Source: Octopus sinensis (Eukaryota). From it: a stretch of 64,000 nt of DNA. The stretch spans positions 2,480,001 through 2,544,000 of the forward strand of contig NC_043023.1 of NCBI RefSeq assembly GCF_006345805.1, in the 5' to 3' direction. Of the stretch, positions 39,611-52,992 are shown one piece after another; within the stretch, counting starts at the first letter, position 1; every line of letters begins with the position of its first letter. The position numbers and the translations under genes are program-made. The notes below the pieces were generated by a model. The model made no database searches. It was not told the DNA's origin and was given only the letters and a program-made list of their open reading frames with translations.

Positions 39611-40738
39611 ATTAAACAGCAGAATGAAACGGTGCATCGTATAAGAAATTACAGGGTAAATGTTTTTAAATTTTCTCCTGGTTTACGGAATTAATTTTTA
39701 TTTGAGGTTGAAGCTTTGGCTGTTATTTCTAGTGGGTGAATGGCCTATTATGGCCGTTCCTTGATTGTTGATGTTGAACTTAAAAATGGTCTATGACTAT
39801 TTAATTTTTTCCCACTAGGCCGCTGGTGGCAAAAGAATTCTACAAAATTTTTTTGGCACCCTATATTGATTAAATATATATATATATATATATACATACA
39901 TATATACGACGGGCTTCTTTCAGTTTCCGTCTACCAAATCCACTCACAAGGCTTTGGTCAGCCCGAGGCTATAGTAGAAGACACTTGCCGAAGGTGCCAC
40001 ACAGTGGGACTGAACCCGGAACTATGTGGTTGGTAAGCAAGCTACTTACCACACAGCCACTCCTGCACCTATATATATATATATATATATATACAGTGGT
40101 GAACTGGGTCTAAAAATATTGGTTGCCAGGAAACTAAGGGGGCCCAACCGCAATGGTTGATATAACTTTAAACCAGATAAATAATATTATTCACCCTCAC
40201 AACCTTATCTTACCATTTTTTATGTAGGAGATAAAAAACAAAATTTGGAACATTATCTCCTTAGATTTTATATTTTCTTCAAGAAATGGCTTAACAATGA
40301 GCAATAATTCTTAAAGCTAAATATTTTAACCATTTTGTGTCTGCATTATTTCTGCTCTATATACTTTCGATATCTGAAATTTTTGATAAAAGATGAAAAT
40401 CAATTTATTTATGCATCATGCAGTTAAGGAGAAGAAATTACTGAAGAGGAATTTCGGTTCAGGACGCCCACATAAGTCTAATTTCCTCTGTTTTGACAGG
40501 GTTATTTTCCAATTTTATTTCTCACTCAGGCCTTCAAGGTGATGTATTGGTGGTGGTGGGTGGGGGTTAATTTTTATGGAAAGTTTTTTTTGAAAATTTT
40601 TTTTTTTTTTTCACCTCAGCCCCCTCCTCCTGACCGATATTGGCCCCAATTGTTTTGGCACAATGTACTTAAAAATTAACAGAATGAGATAAAAAAATCC
40701 AATGCTATGAAAGATTTTTGAACATTTATAAAGAGAAG

Positions 40739-41085
40739 GTCTTACAGCTGTTTCCAGGATATCTTTATATATAAAAGTGAAGTTGTGTGTCTGTCTCCTA
40801 CGATTTAGATTCCTAACTACTCCCACATTTTGCAGTGCAGTGTAACCAAAAGCGGGTATCTTATAGTCGTGATTCATATCGAGCCCTTCTGGGTATTAGC
40901 GCGCATCTACAATGAGTCTACGATTTTAAAAAAAATTACCATCATTTTTTCCCATTTTTAATGCATTTTTTTGCTATTATATAAGAGAAGTAACTCTCTA
41001 AAAATGCTTATATAGTTATTTCCCTTACAAACTGAGCAACGCCGGGCGATACTACTAGTTGTATATACATCCCTTCATCAGAGAC
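40739..41085 (-). ncRNA. Hammerhead motif interrupted by the Helitron
   Basis: Removing 40762-41058 gives GUCU CUGAUGA AGGGAUGUAUAUACAAUAUCCUG GAAAC AGCU GUA/AGAC. Confidence 0.7.
40762..41058 (+). mobile_element. Non-autonomous Helitron (297 bp)
   Basis: Inserted between A and T; 5' TC, subterminal hairpin CTGAGCAACGCCGGG, 3' CTAG; no TSD. Confidence 0.85.
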
Positions 41086-41406
41086 GGTGCAAGAGAATGG
41101 TAAAGCAATAGTTATTCTAGAGAAGATATTAAATACAGAGTGAAGTGGAGAAAGGAAAATAGAAGTGAGATACATAAGTATCCATAGTTTCATTCTTAGA
41201 GCAGAATGGTGTATACTCTCTCCTTTACTCTTTTACTTGTTTCAGTCATTTGACTGCGGCCATGCTGGAGCACCGCCTTTAGTCGAGCCAATCGACCCCG
41301 GGACTTATTCTTTGTAAGCCCAGTACTTATTCTATCAGTCGCTAAGTGACGGGGACGTAAACACACCAGCATCGGTTGTCAAGCAATGCTAGGAGGACAC
41401 ACAAAC

Positions 41407-41447
<41 letters not shown>

Positions 41448-41665
41448 CGACCGGCTTCTTTCAGTTTCCGTCTACCAAATCCACTCACAAGGCATTGGTC
41501 GACCCGGGGCTATAGCAGAAGACTCTTGCCCAAGATGCCACACAGTGGGACTGAACCCGGAACCATGTGGCTGGTTAGCAAGCTACTTACCACACAGCCA
41601 CTTCCTGTACCTTGTGTGGGTTCTAACGTTACTTATAATTGGTCATATATATGTAGTGTGTATGA

Positions 41666-41965
41666 GTGGACGCATGGCCTAGTGGTTAGGGTGTTGTACT
41701 CACAATTGTGAGATTGTGGTTTCAATTCCTGGACTGAGTTGTGCATTGTGTTTTTACGCAAAACACTTCATTTCATATTGCTCTGCTATTACTTCAACAC
41801 CTGGTGCATGGTGCATTGTGCACCTGTTCAGGTAAAGTTGGTTTGATGTTGAGAGGGAGCTAATGTGTGGCACGAACATTTGATCACTATAAACAAATCA
41901 TTTGTGCAGGTCATTCAGCTAAAGCTGAACACTCATATGCAGCCTTCAATGAAAGAGTCCATCAT
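41666..41965 (+). mobile_element. Decayed tRNA-derived SINE (family D-like)
   Basis: A-box TGGCCTAGTGG, B-box-like GTTTCAATTCC; head resembles the element at 63593-63927. Confidence 0.6.
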
Positions 41966-42669
41966 ATACTTGCAGTATAAGAGAATTGCGTCCTATCACA
42001 GTAAGCTCCTCTAACAAACTCTGCTAACATTCCACACACTAATCCAATAGAAAGAAGTGTAGTTTACAGTGTCCATGCAGCTGAAATCCAGATGATCTGA
42101 TCAGCTTAAGAAATTCACATGTGTAGCCAACCATGAATAACAGGCTAAGGAGACCAATCCCATTTATCAGGTCATCCCATAAGTTCTGTCCGAATTTTGA
42201 ATATAGAAAACAAGTGATCAAATCATCATCATCATTATCATTGTTTAGCGTCCGCTTTCCATGCTAGCATGGGTTGGACGGTTCAACTGAGGTCTGTGAA
42301 GCCAGAAGGCTGCATCAGGCCCAGTCTGATCTGGCAGTGTTTCTACGGCTGGATGCCCTTCCTAACGCCAACCACTCCGTGAGTGTAGTAGGTGCTTTTT
42401 ACATGCCTCCCGCACAGGTGCCAGACGGAGCTGGCAAACGGCCACGAACAGATGGTGCTTTTTACGTGCCTCCCGCACAGGTGCCAGACGGAGCTGGCAA
42501 ACGGCCACGAACAGATGGTGCTTTTTACGTGCCACCGGCACAGGGGCCAGGCGAGGCTGGCAACAGCCACGAACGGATGGTGCTTTTTAAGTGTCACCGG
42601 CATGGAGGCCAGTCGGGGCGGCGCTGGTAACGGCTACGATCGGATGGTTATATTTAAATGTTATATTTA

Positions 42670-42995
42670 ATTGAAATTTAATCATCAATGTACTTTCATT
42701 AATTATCTATGACTTCCTTCCATCTATTTACAAGCTTTTTGATCCCATCAATGTAAAACTCTTTTGGTTTCAAAGCTAAGAACTCTGAAATCTCAGTTAC
42801 GACCTCCTCCTGGCTAAATGATTCTGTAAACTACGAAACAAATGGTAGTCTGAAAGAGCAAGGTCGGGAGAATAAGGGGGATGAGGAATTTTTTCCCAAC
42901 CAAGCTTTTCAATCTTCTGTGGTGTGATCTTCGCAGTGTGGGGGTTGTGCCTTGTCCTGACGAAACATCACTCCTTTTCGATTCACTATATCGTC
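42670..42995 (-). pseudogene. Mariner transposase C-terminal remnant
   Basis: ..VMFRQDKAQPH..KLGWEKIPH..YSPDLALSDYHLFRSLQNHL..KLVNRWKEVIDN.. with frameshifts. Confidence 0.88.
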
Positions 42996-44274
42996 ATTTC
43001 GCATCTGCTGGCATGGTTTGGATGGTTTGACTGAGGGCTGGCAAGCCAGTAGGCAGCACCAGGCTCCAATGAGATCTGGCATGGATTCTACAACTGGATG
43101 CCCTTCCAAACACCAACCACTCTGAGAGTGTAGTGGGTGCTGCCTAACTGGCACAGGAGCCAATCAGGCAGCACTGACATCAATTAAGTTTGGATGATGC
43201 TTATTATGTTCCACTGGCACAGGTGCCACTTGGTGGGGACTGGCATCAACCACGTTTAGATGGTGCTTTTTACATGCCGCTGGTATGGGGAGCCAGTCAG
43301 ACAGCACTGGCATTGACCCACATTTGAAGGGTGCTTATTAGGTGCCACCAGCATGGGTGCCAGTCAGGTGGCATTAGCATTGGCCAAAACTACAATTTCT
43401 ATTTTGATTTCAATTTTATATATGTATATATATATTTGTATATATCTGTAAAATAATATGTACAATTATTCATTAGTACAATTTTAAAACTTTGAGTTTC
43501 GGATGCCGAAGTGGAAATCCACAACAGATAACCGAAGAGATGGTGTTGTGGATTTCCACCTCGCCATCTGAAACTCAGAGTTTTATCTTGGCTACTGAAT
43601 AATTGTCACATATTATTTTATAGATAAATTTCCTCTATTTACATAATATTGAGGTCTCTTTCTTTCTTTTGTTATCTTACCGTTTTTACCATTATATTTG
43701 TATATATACACACACACACGTATATACATACAAAGGGGTGCTGTAAAGTTCCTGGTTTTGGATAAAAGAAAATACCTGAGAATCAGGTAATTATGATTTT
43801 ATTAGAAGTATTCCTCCCTTAAATTCACACACTTATAGCAGTGGTCCTTCAGTTTTTCTAAGCCCTGTAAAAGAACTCAGAAGGTTGGGCCTCCAACAAG
43901 GCCTTTTCTGATACCCTTAAAGCCAGAAAATCTTTCCCTACCCCAATCATGTGTGTGTGTGTGTATGTGGAGGTGCAATGGCCCAGTGGTTAGGGCTGCA
44001 GGCTCATGGTCGTAGGATCGTAGTTTCGATTCCCAGACTGGGCGTTGTGTGTGTTTATTGAGCGAAAACACCTAAAGCTCCACGAGGCTCCAGTAGGGGG
44101 TGGTGGCGACTCCTGTTGTACTCTTTTGCTCCAACTTTCACTCACTCTTTCTTCTGTTGGCCTGCTCACTTAGCCAGTGGTTTGGTGTCATTTGAAGGCT
44201 AAAACAATGCAAAGTGCATTGTGACCAGCGATGTGTAGCAACATCTGATAGCCTGGTCAGTCATGGTGATCACG

Positions 44275-44305
<31 letters not shown>

Positions 44306-44308
<3 letters not shown>

Positions 44309-44928
44309 AATTTTTTTGTGTAATGAGATAAAAAACCAAGGCTGTATAGATATTAGATAGAAGGTCTTACAGCTGTTTCTAGGATATTAATTAATAATAT
44401 CTCTTCATCAGAGATGGTGTGAGAGGAAAAATTAAGTCATAGTTAGTTTCGATGTGATACAAATGGAGAGTGATGTGGCGGAAAGGAAATGGATGTAAGA
44501 TATGTATGGGTATTGAGTTCGTAAATCCATTTTATAGGCATAATGGTATATATGTGTAATATTCCAATATCCTTTGAGTAAAATCCAAAAGTCCAACAGA
44601 GTTTAATATGAGTCCATCCAGATGTAAAGTTTATAAGCAATGTAAGATTCTCTTAAAGTTGGTCATTCCCAGTAGGGAATTTATACAGAGTGTAGCAGAT
44701 TCAAAGTTTGTATTTAAACTGACCTAGAAATAGGGAATGTATTAGTATGGTTAAAGTGAAAATAGGAAGAGAGGAATGAGAGAGAGAGATAAAGAAGGGA
44801 TATTATTAATATCCGATGAAAGGATATTATTAATTAATATCCTAGAAACAGCTGTAAGACCTTCTATCTATAAATGCTCTAATATCTATACAGCCTTGGT
44901 TTTTATCTCATCACGCAAAAAAATTCTT
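44306..44928. mobile_element. Foldback element with about 110-120-bp inverted arms, each containing a hammerhead-like motif
   Basis: 44306-44411 matches the reverse complement of 44813-44928 (the right arm has a 10-nt insertion); motifs at 44364-44415 (-) and 44813-44860 (+). Confidence 0.82.
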
Positions 44929-45125
44929 ATATACACACACTGACATAGAACCAACGTTGAACCCTTTATTCGCAATATTACCGAATCTGGAACTTAACAA
45001 TGGTCTGTCTATAACACTTATTCAGCATTACCTGACACCTTTGGGTCTCAATGACACCATTATCTCTTTTATATATATATATATATTTGTATATATATAT
45101 ATATCTATATATATATATATATATA

Positions 45126-45870
45126 GCTGTGATACCTGTGCCGGTGACACATAAAAAGCACCATCCGAACGTGACCGATGCCAGCACCGCCCCGACTGGC
45201 TTTTGTGCCGGTGGCACATAAAAAGCGCCGTCCGAACGTGGCCGATGCCAACCCCGCCTCGAATGGCTTCTGTGCCGGTGGCACATAAAAAGCACCATCC
45301 GACGTGGCCGATGCCAGCACCGCCCCGACTTGCTTCTGTGCCGGTGGCACATAAAAAGCACCATCCGAGCGTGGCCGACGCCAGCACCGCCTCGACTGGC
45401 TTCTGTGCCGGTGGCACATAAAAAGTACCAACCGATCGTGGGATCCCGGAACATCTCGCTCGCTGTGCTTGAGGAGACCTGTTGAGTCAAGTGCATTACA
45501 TTAACATGAAGATCGAACAAATATCAATGGAAACAGTAGTTGTGATACCTGTGGCGGTGGCACGTAAAAAGCACCATCCGAACGTGGCCGTTGCCAGTGC
45601 AGCCTCCACTGGCTTCTGTGCCGGTGGCACATAAAAAAGCACCAACCGATCATGGCCGATGCCAGACCCCTCTGGCACCTGTGCAGGTGGCACGTAAAAC
45701 GCACCCACTACACTCGCAGAGTGGTTGGCGTTAGGAAGGGCATCCAGCTGTAGAAACACTGCCAGATCAGACTGGAGCCTGGGGCAGCCCCTGGCTCCCC
45801 AGACCCCGGTCGAACCGTCCAACCCGTGCTAGCGCGGAAAACGGACGTTAAACGATGATGATGATGATGA
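45126..45870 (+). mobile_element. Compound RTE-like 3' end with a 67-bp tandem repeat
   Basis: Units start at 45137, 45204, 45271, 45337 and 45404; then the ORF-end remnant GCTGTGCTTGAGGAGACCTGTTGA, a second UTR and a (GAT)n tail. Confidence 0.78.
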
Positions 45871-47716
45871 TAAACACACACATATATATAAGCATGGTCT
45901 TTAAGAAATCCATAGTGATCAAATTGTTACAATCTAATTAATTAACACAATGCAATAGCTATTACTAGACTATACACATACTCTTGCATGTGTATATAGA
46001 ATTGGCTTAGACTTTGGTTGAGACCAACGAAATGTAGAATGTTAATTTGCAAAAAGTATAAATTTTTACACAAGATTCATAACGTGATTATTTCTGACAG
46101 CTATTTTAATGGAATAAAAACATCATGACTTATGAGATTATGTAATTAATAATTAACGAATATGTCTAATAAATATAAGTGTGATGAGTTATCTATCTCA
46201 TCAGGAGAAAAAATATGATTTTTAAATAGCTTTGTCAGGTCAGGCCACATAAAAAATACAAAGCATGAAGTGAACAGACACTTATACATACATACATACA
46301 TATATACATACATACATGGTGCCCCAGCATGGCCACAGCTCATAAGCTGAAACTAGAATCAATCAATCAATCAATCATATACATATATATATATATATGT
46401 ACATATGTATATGCATGTATGTATATACACACATATATATATAGATATATAGGTATAATACATACATATATATGTATATTATATATATATACATACATAT
46501 ATATATATATGTATATATATATATTTATATATATGTACATATATATACATATATATGTACATATATATACATATATATGTACTATATACATATATATGTA
46601 CATATATATATATATACATATATATGTACATATGTTATATACATATATATATGTATATACATGCATACATACATACCACACACCACATATATATATATAT
46701 ATATATATGATATTATATATACATACATACTAACACACACAAATTTATATATATTCTTTTACTCTTTTTAACTCTTTTACTTGTTTCAGTCATTTTGACT
46801 GTGGCCATGCTGGAGTACCACCTTTAGTCGAGCAAATCGACCTGAGGACTTATTCTTTGTAAGCCTAGCACTTATTCTATCAGTCTCTTTTGCTGAACTG
46901 CTAAGTTACAGGGACATAAACACAGTAGCATCGCTTGTCAAGTGATGTCGGGGTGGTGGTGCAAACACAGACAAATAAACATATACACACATACATATAT
47001 ATGATGGGCTTCTTTCAGTTTCCGTCTACCAAATCCATTGACAAGGCTTTGGTCATCCTGAGACTAAAGTAGAAGAAACTTGCCTAGGAAAGAGTTACCT
47101 GTATCGTGATTATTTCTGCTGAGTATTAAAATATATCAACATTATGACTGTGACTCAAAGCTTTGAAAACTCTGTAAAGGCAGTAAGATGCTGTCCCATT
47201 GTGTGAAACCCTAGGCATGTCTTCTACTATAGCCTCGGGCCAACCAAAGCCTTGTGAGTGGATTTGGTAGACGGAAACTGAAAGAAGCCATCATCTGTAT
47301 ATGTATATATATATATGTATGTGTATATATGTTTGTATGTCTGTGTTTGTCCCCCCATCATTGCTTGACAACCGATGCTGGTGTGTTTACGTCCCCGTCA
47401 CTTAGCGGTTAAGCCAAAAAGACTGATAGAATAAGTACTAGGCTTACAAAGTCCTGGGGTCGATTTGCTCGACTAAAGGCAGTGCACAGTGCACTGTGGC
47501 ATGGCCACAGTCAAATGACTGAAACAAGTAAAAGAGTATACATATAATAGGTGTAGGAGTGGCTGTGTGGTAAGTAGCTTGCTTTCCAACCACATGGTTC
47601 CGGGTTCAGTCCCACAGCATGACACTTTGGGCAAGTGTCTTTTACTATAGCCTTGGGCTGATCAAAGCCTTGTGAGTGGATTTGGTAAATGGAAACTGAA
47701 AGAAGCTCATCGTATA

Positions 47717-48099
47717 TCTCTCTCTATATAAACGGCAGTTTGTCTGTGCGTGTTTCTGTGTGTCTGTTTGGTTGTACCCTCACCCTGACCACGGCTTTCA
47801 ACCGATTCTGATGAAACTTGACACACACATAGCCCAATGTCATAATTCAAAACTAACGCAGCGACAATTTTGAAAAGTTCCCCCAGTTTTGAAAAAAATC
47901 GATAAATTCGACATGGGGTCGAGAATCAGAAACCCAAACCACAGACCGTCTAGGCGACGCAACTCCACCTTTTTTAACTCAAAAAAAATTTACCATAATT
48001 TTTTTCCCATTTTTTTGCTATTTTTTGGCTATAACTCTCTAAAAATGCTTTATAGTTATTTCCCTTACAAACCTGAGCAACGCCGGGCGATACTGCTAG
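47717..48099 (+). mobile_element. Non-autonomous Helitron (383 bp) nested in a family-A SINE (about 47548-48325)
   Basis: a|TC...CCTGAGCAACGCCGGGCGATACTGCTAG|t; the SINE sequence resumes on both sides. Confidence 0.85.
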
Positions 48100-48867
48100 T
48101 GTGTATATATATGTGTGTATGTATATGTTTGGGTGTTGTGTTTGTCCCCCCAACATCGTTTGACAACCGATGCTGGTGTGTTTACATCCCCGTAAATTAG
48201 TGGTTCAGCAAAAGAGACCGATTGACTAAGTACTAGGCTTACAAAAAATAAGTCCTGGGATTGATTTGCTTCACTAAAAGCGGTGCTCCTGCATGGCCAC
48301 AGTGAAATGACTGAAACAAGTAAAACAAACAATATACGAGCATATGCAAGTGCATATATACACATATCTACATAAAAATGAATTCATTTGAATGTGTAAC
48401 CTCTTTTATACCTCTACACACCCAGTACAACCATCCCGGTACAATACAGCTGGACTTCTGCCAAGTGTGTAGGCTATCAGTATTGGTCATGTAGTGTGTT
48501 GAAGTATTTGTTGACCAGTGTCCAAGTATTAATACACATAATTCATATGCATATACACTCACACACACATGTATATAAACATAGTCATTGACACACAGAT
48601 CAGCAGAGACACATATACACACATATGTATGTATGTACAGGCATATCAGCTAATACATATATATATTCTTTTATTTGCTTCAGTTATTTGATTGTGGCCA
48701 TGCTGGAGCACCGCCTTTAGTCGAACAAATCGACCCCATGAATTATTCTTTGTAAGCCTAGTACTTATTCTATTGGTCTCTTTAGCCGAACCACTAGGTT
48801 ACGGGGACATAAACACACCAGCATCGGTTGTCAAGCAATGATGGGGGGACAAACACAGACACAAAGA

Positions 48868-48919
<52 letters not shown>

Positions 48920-49404
48920 GATATATACATTTAAGTAGTTAGGGAGATAAATTGAATATTAATTTAATTAATATCAATTTAAAACCAGTAGCCTAGCATA
49001 TAAAAATCTGAAAAATCAGAGAAAATTCTAATATATGTGTATATTTAAAGTGCTAAAAAACCACTATGTGGATAGCCATATGCTAGAAGTAGATCACCTA
49101 CGATCAAACTACAAAGAATGTTCTCTATAGGTGTATACATACATATATATATATATATATATTTAATATATTTATATATATATGACAGGCTTCTTTCAGT
49201 TTCCATCTACCAAATCCACTCACTGCAACTACGATTCATGGGTGCAATTTACATGCCACCAGCAACATCCACAACTGCGATGCACGGGTGTCATTTACAT
49301 GGCACCAGCAATGATCATGACTACAATACTCTGGTGCCATTTGCATGGCACTGGCAGTAACCACGACAATTCACAGGTGCCTTTTACATAGTACCAACAT
49401 AGTA

Positions 49405-50016
49405 CCTGGTGGTTATTCAGCGAACATTCCAGCCAACTAGGGGCTACAATGGATAGATGATTTGGTTCCCTTCCACGGCTCTAGCTCTGCTGAGAGTTAT
49501 CCTCAGGCATCTAAGGTGACCAACAACAACAGTGCGTCTCCCATGTTCGCAGCTCTGGGTGGTGCCATCGATACAGCCATTCATCAGGCGGTTATTCGTC
49601 GAACGTTCCAACCAACACCAATTCAACACCCCCATCTGAAGGAAGCCTTCACGAAGAAGCTGGATGAAAGGACCAAAGCAGCCCTCTCGAAGGCAGACTT
49701 CACAGACATGATACGCTTCCGTAGTGGTGGTCATCATCCAGCACTCAGCCGGTGGCAAAAGATGGCAGGATGCAGTGACACAGATCGATGCAGATTCTGT
49801 AACGAGGAGGTGGAATCTGCAGAACATCTCTGGATGAGATGTCCGGCCCTGATGGTGGAACACTATATCCGCCAACTAGGGGCTACAATGGATGAGATAA
49901 TTCGTCTCAAACATATACATACACACATATATATACACACTAGCAGTATCGCCCGCGCTTCTGAGAGTTGTCCTCAGGCACTTGAGGTGACCACCACCAC
50001 CACCAACAACAACAAC
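49405..50016 (+). pseudogene. Two tandem 5'-truncated copies of an I-group-like LINE 3' end
   Basis: RFRSGGHHPAL..CRFCNEEVESAEHLWMRC (C-x2-C-x8-H-x4-C); ..LLRV(I/V)LRHLR* followed by (CAA)n tails at about 49520 and 49990. Confidence 0.78.
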
Positions 50017-50306
50017 GACCAGGATTGCGATTCATGAGTGCCATACACATGGCACTGTCCATAACCAGAAATACAACTCAAGGGTGCTAGTTACATGGCA
50101 CCCTCTTATATATATGTTTCATTGACCCCACAAATTGATTAGTTCTTTGTTTCATTGATTCCAAAGGGATGAAAGGCAAAGTTTACCTCAGTGGGATTTG
50201 AACTCAGAACATAAGACTCCGCATGAAATGCTGCCCAGTATTTTGTTTCAGCATGCTACCAATTCTACCATCTTGCTGCCTTGTACACGTTTATACATAT
50301 GTACAT

Positions 50307-50342
<36 letters not shown>

Positions 50343-51944
50343 ACACACAAAGACAGATTGGTATATAGATTGAGAGATAGTTACATATATACATATACCT
50401 ATGTGTGTATGTGTATATATATATATATATATATATGTTATATGTATTGTAATGTATATGCATTATATATGTGTGTGCATGTATCTGCATGTGTCTATAC
50501 ATAGATATATATATCATAAATCACTATACTATACGCAGACACACAAGCAATTTACTTACACATGCTTACACATGTGCACACACACACACACACACACGTT
50601 TATGCAAACTCACTCACATGTACTTATGTATGTATATATAGATCTAAGTTTATGTTTAGCTACATACATAGATACATACCTACATATATATGTGTGTGTA
50701 TGCGTGTATATATATATATGTATATTTGTATATTTGCATATAAATATATGTACACACCACCATCCTAGAACTCGCACATGTATCTTTTTATGTATTTACA
50801 GACACATACACACATGTGTGCACACACATGTTGCATACATGGGCATATGTTTACAAATTAGTTTATTCATGTATCTATATATTTATATACATATATATAT
50901 ATATATGAGATAATACATATACATACATATACACACGCATGCATTCACATCAATCCACACACAAGCACACATACTATACACTCACATATACACTCACAAC
51001 TTCCACCTACACACACAGCTTTCACCCCCACACACAAACATTGTGGCCAGGTAGAACGAGTGTAATCAAATCAAAGGACATTCGATAGATTTGTTATCAA
51101 AATGAATGCTGCTTTTCTCATAATCTCCATCCAATGCAAGAACACACAGAAGACCTACCATACTGTTCTACTTTCATTTTCTACTTTCACTTTCACATTT
51201 CAGATTCAGAATCTAAAGCGATTGCCATTTGTTGCGAGTAAATTAACTTAACACATTATGAGGTGTGTATCGGTGCTGCGTGAACTAAATAAATCTGGTC
51301 GTATGTCAGCACTTTCTTCAGATCTGTGTAGCAGCGGCGAAAAATGGCAAAAACTTTTGTAACCGTCTTTTGTTTTGTAAATAGAAGAAGTAGAAGAATG
51401 AAGAATGAGGAATAATGGTAAGCAAATAATATAAGAATGAACAAACGGTAAATCACAATGGAGAGTTGTGAGAATTGTTGCGTGTTGCGGTTGCTGTAGT
51501 GTAGGGTGTGAATATGAAAGATATCTTGTATGTGTTTGCGTGTGTGTATCTGTGGCGTGTGGGGGTATATTTGAACATACATGCATATATATGTGTGTAT
51601 GTGTATGTTTATGTATATATATATATATACATATATATGAACACAGTTATATAAATACATGTGTATATATATATGCGTGTGTGTGTGTATGTATATATAT
51701 ACATATATATATATATACATATATACATATATATATATGTATCTCTCTCTTTTTATATGTATATATACATACATACAGACACACATAGATAGATACATAC
51801 ATACATACATACATACATACATACATACATACATACACAAATACTGATATAAACATATAAATATGCTTATATGTGTGTGTGTGTGTGTGTGTATACATGA
51901 ACAGTTTCATTTACATTTATCTACATGTATGTATATACATATGG

Positions 51945-51982
<38 letters not shown>

Positions 51983-52154
51983 CATGCACACACACACATA
52001 TATGTACTTATATGCATATATATATAAACATACTTATGGTTTTAAGCCCCCATACTACACATATATACATATATGTATACGCACACACACACACACACAC
52101 ATATATATATACACATATATAAACATTATATACGCTCTTAAATATGTGTATACA

Positions 52155-52185
<31 letters not shown>

Positions 52186-52992
52186 CATGAGAGAAAAGAG
52201 AAAGAGAGATAAATGAGCATACACACACGTGTGTATGTGAACACACACATACACATATACACAAACACATACACATATACACACCTATACATTTCGATAT
52301 AAATAATTCCAGAAGGTGGCATCACATGCATAAAGAAAATAAAATACAGCCTGTTGGTAATGTATGTGCATTGAAGCGTGACGGTTCTCCCTATTGACCT
52401 GTGGTCAAAGAACCGATTTTCTTTGTGGCTTAAGTAACATCCTTTCAATAACTTGTAACCATTATCAATTAAGTGTAGCATCGCGGTTGGCGCTGGAGTC
52501 CAAGAAAATGTCAGGACTTTGGATTCTCGTCTCCACAGCTGTTTGCTTTTATTTCCTTTTACTTGTTTTAGACTGTGGCCATGCTGGGGCACTGCCTTGA
52601 AGAATTATTAGTCATATGAATTGATCCAAGTTTTTTTTTTTTGTTTTGTTTAAGCATGTCTCTTGCTGAACTGCTAAGTTACAGGGATGTGAACACACCA
52701 ACACCTGATGTCGGTCAGTGGTGGAGGACAAACACAGACACAAGGACACACACAGACACAAGGACACACACACACACATGTATATATACAATATTGCATT
52801 TTTACAAGAAGGGATAGCTTTCAGTTTCTGTCTATAAAATCCACTCACACAAGGGTTCCGTTTAGTGGGACTGAACCTGGGACCATGTGGTTTGGGAGGA
52901 AGCTTCATACTACATATCCACGTTTTTGCCTGTATATATATATATATATACAGGCAAAAACGTGGATATATATATATATATATTCTTTTACT

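Noticed and set aside
51322-51417. Possible 96-nt exon (TTTCTTCAG acceptor, GTAAGC donor)
   Set aside because: Stop codons in all three frames; a non-coding exon cannot be excluded but has no support
52300-52550. Unique segment with TGACCT-G-TGGTCA
   Set aside because: A single short motif and no coding signal; indistinguishable from chance without conservation data
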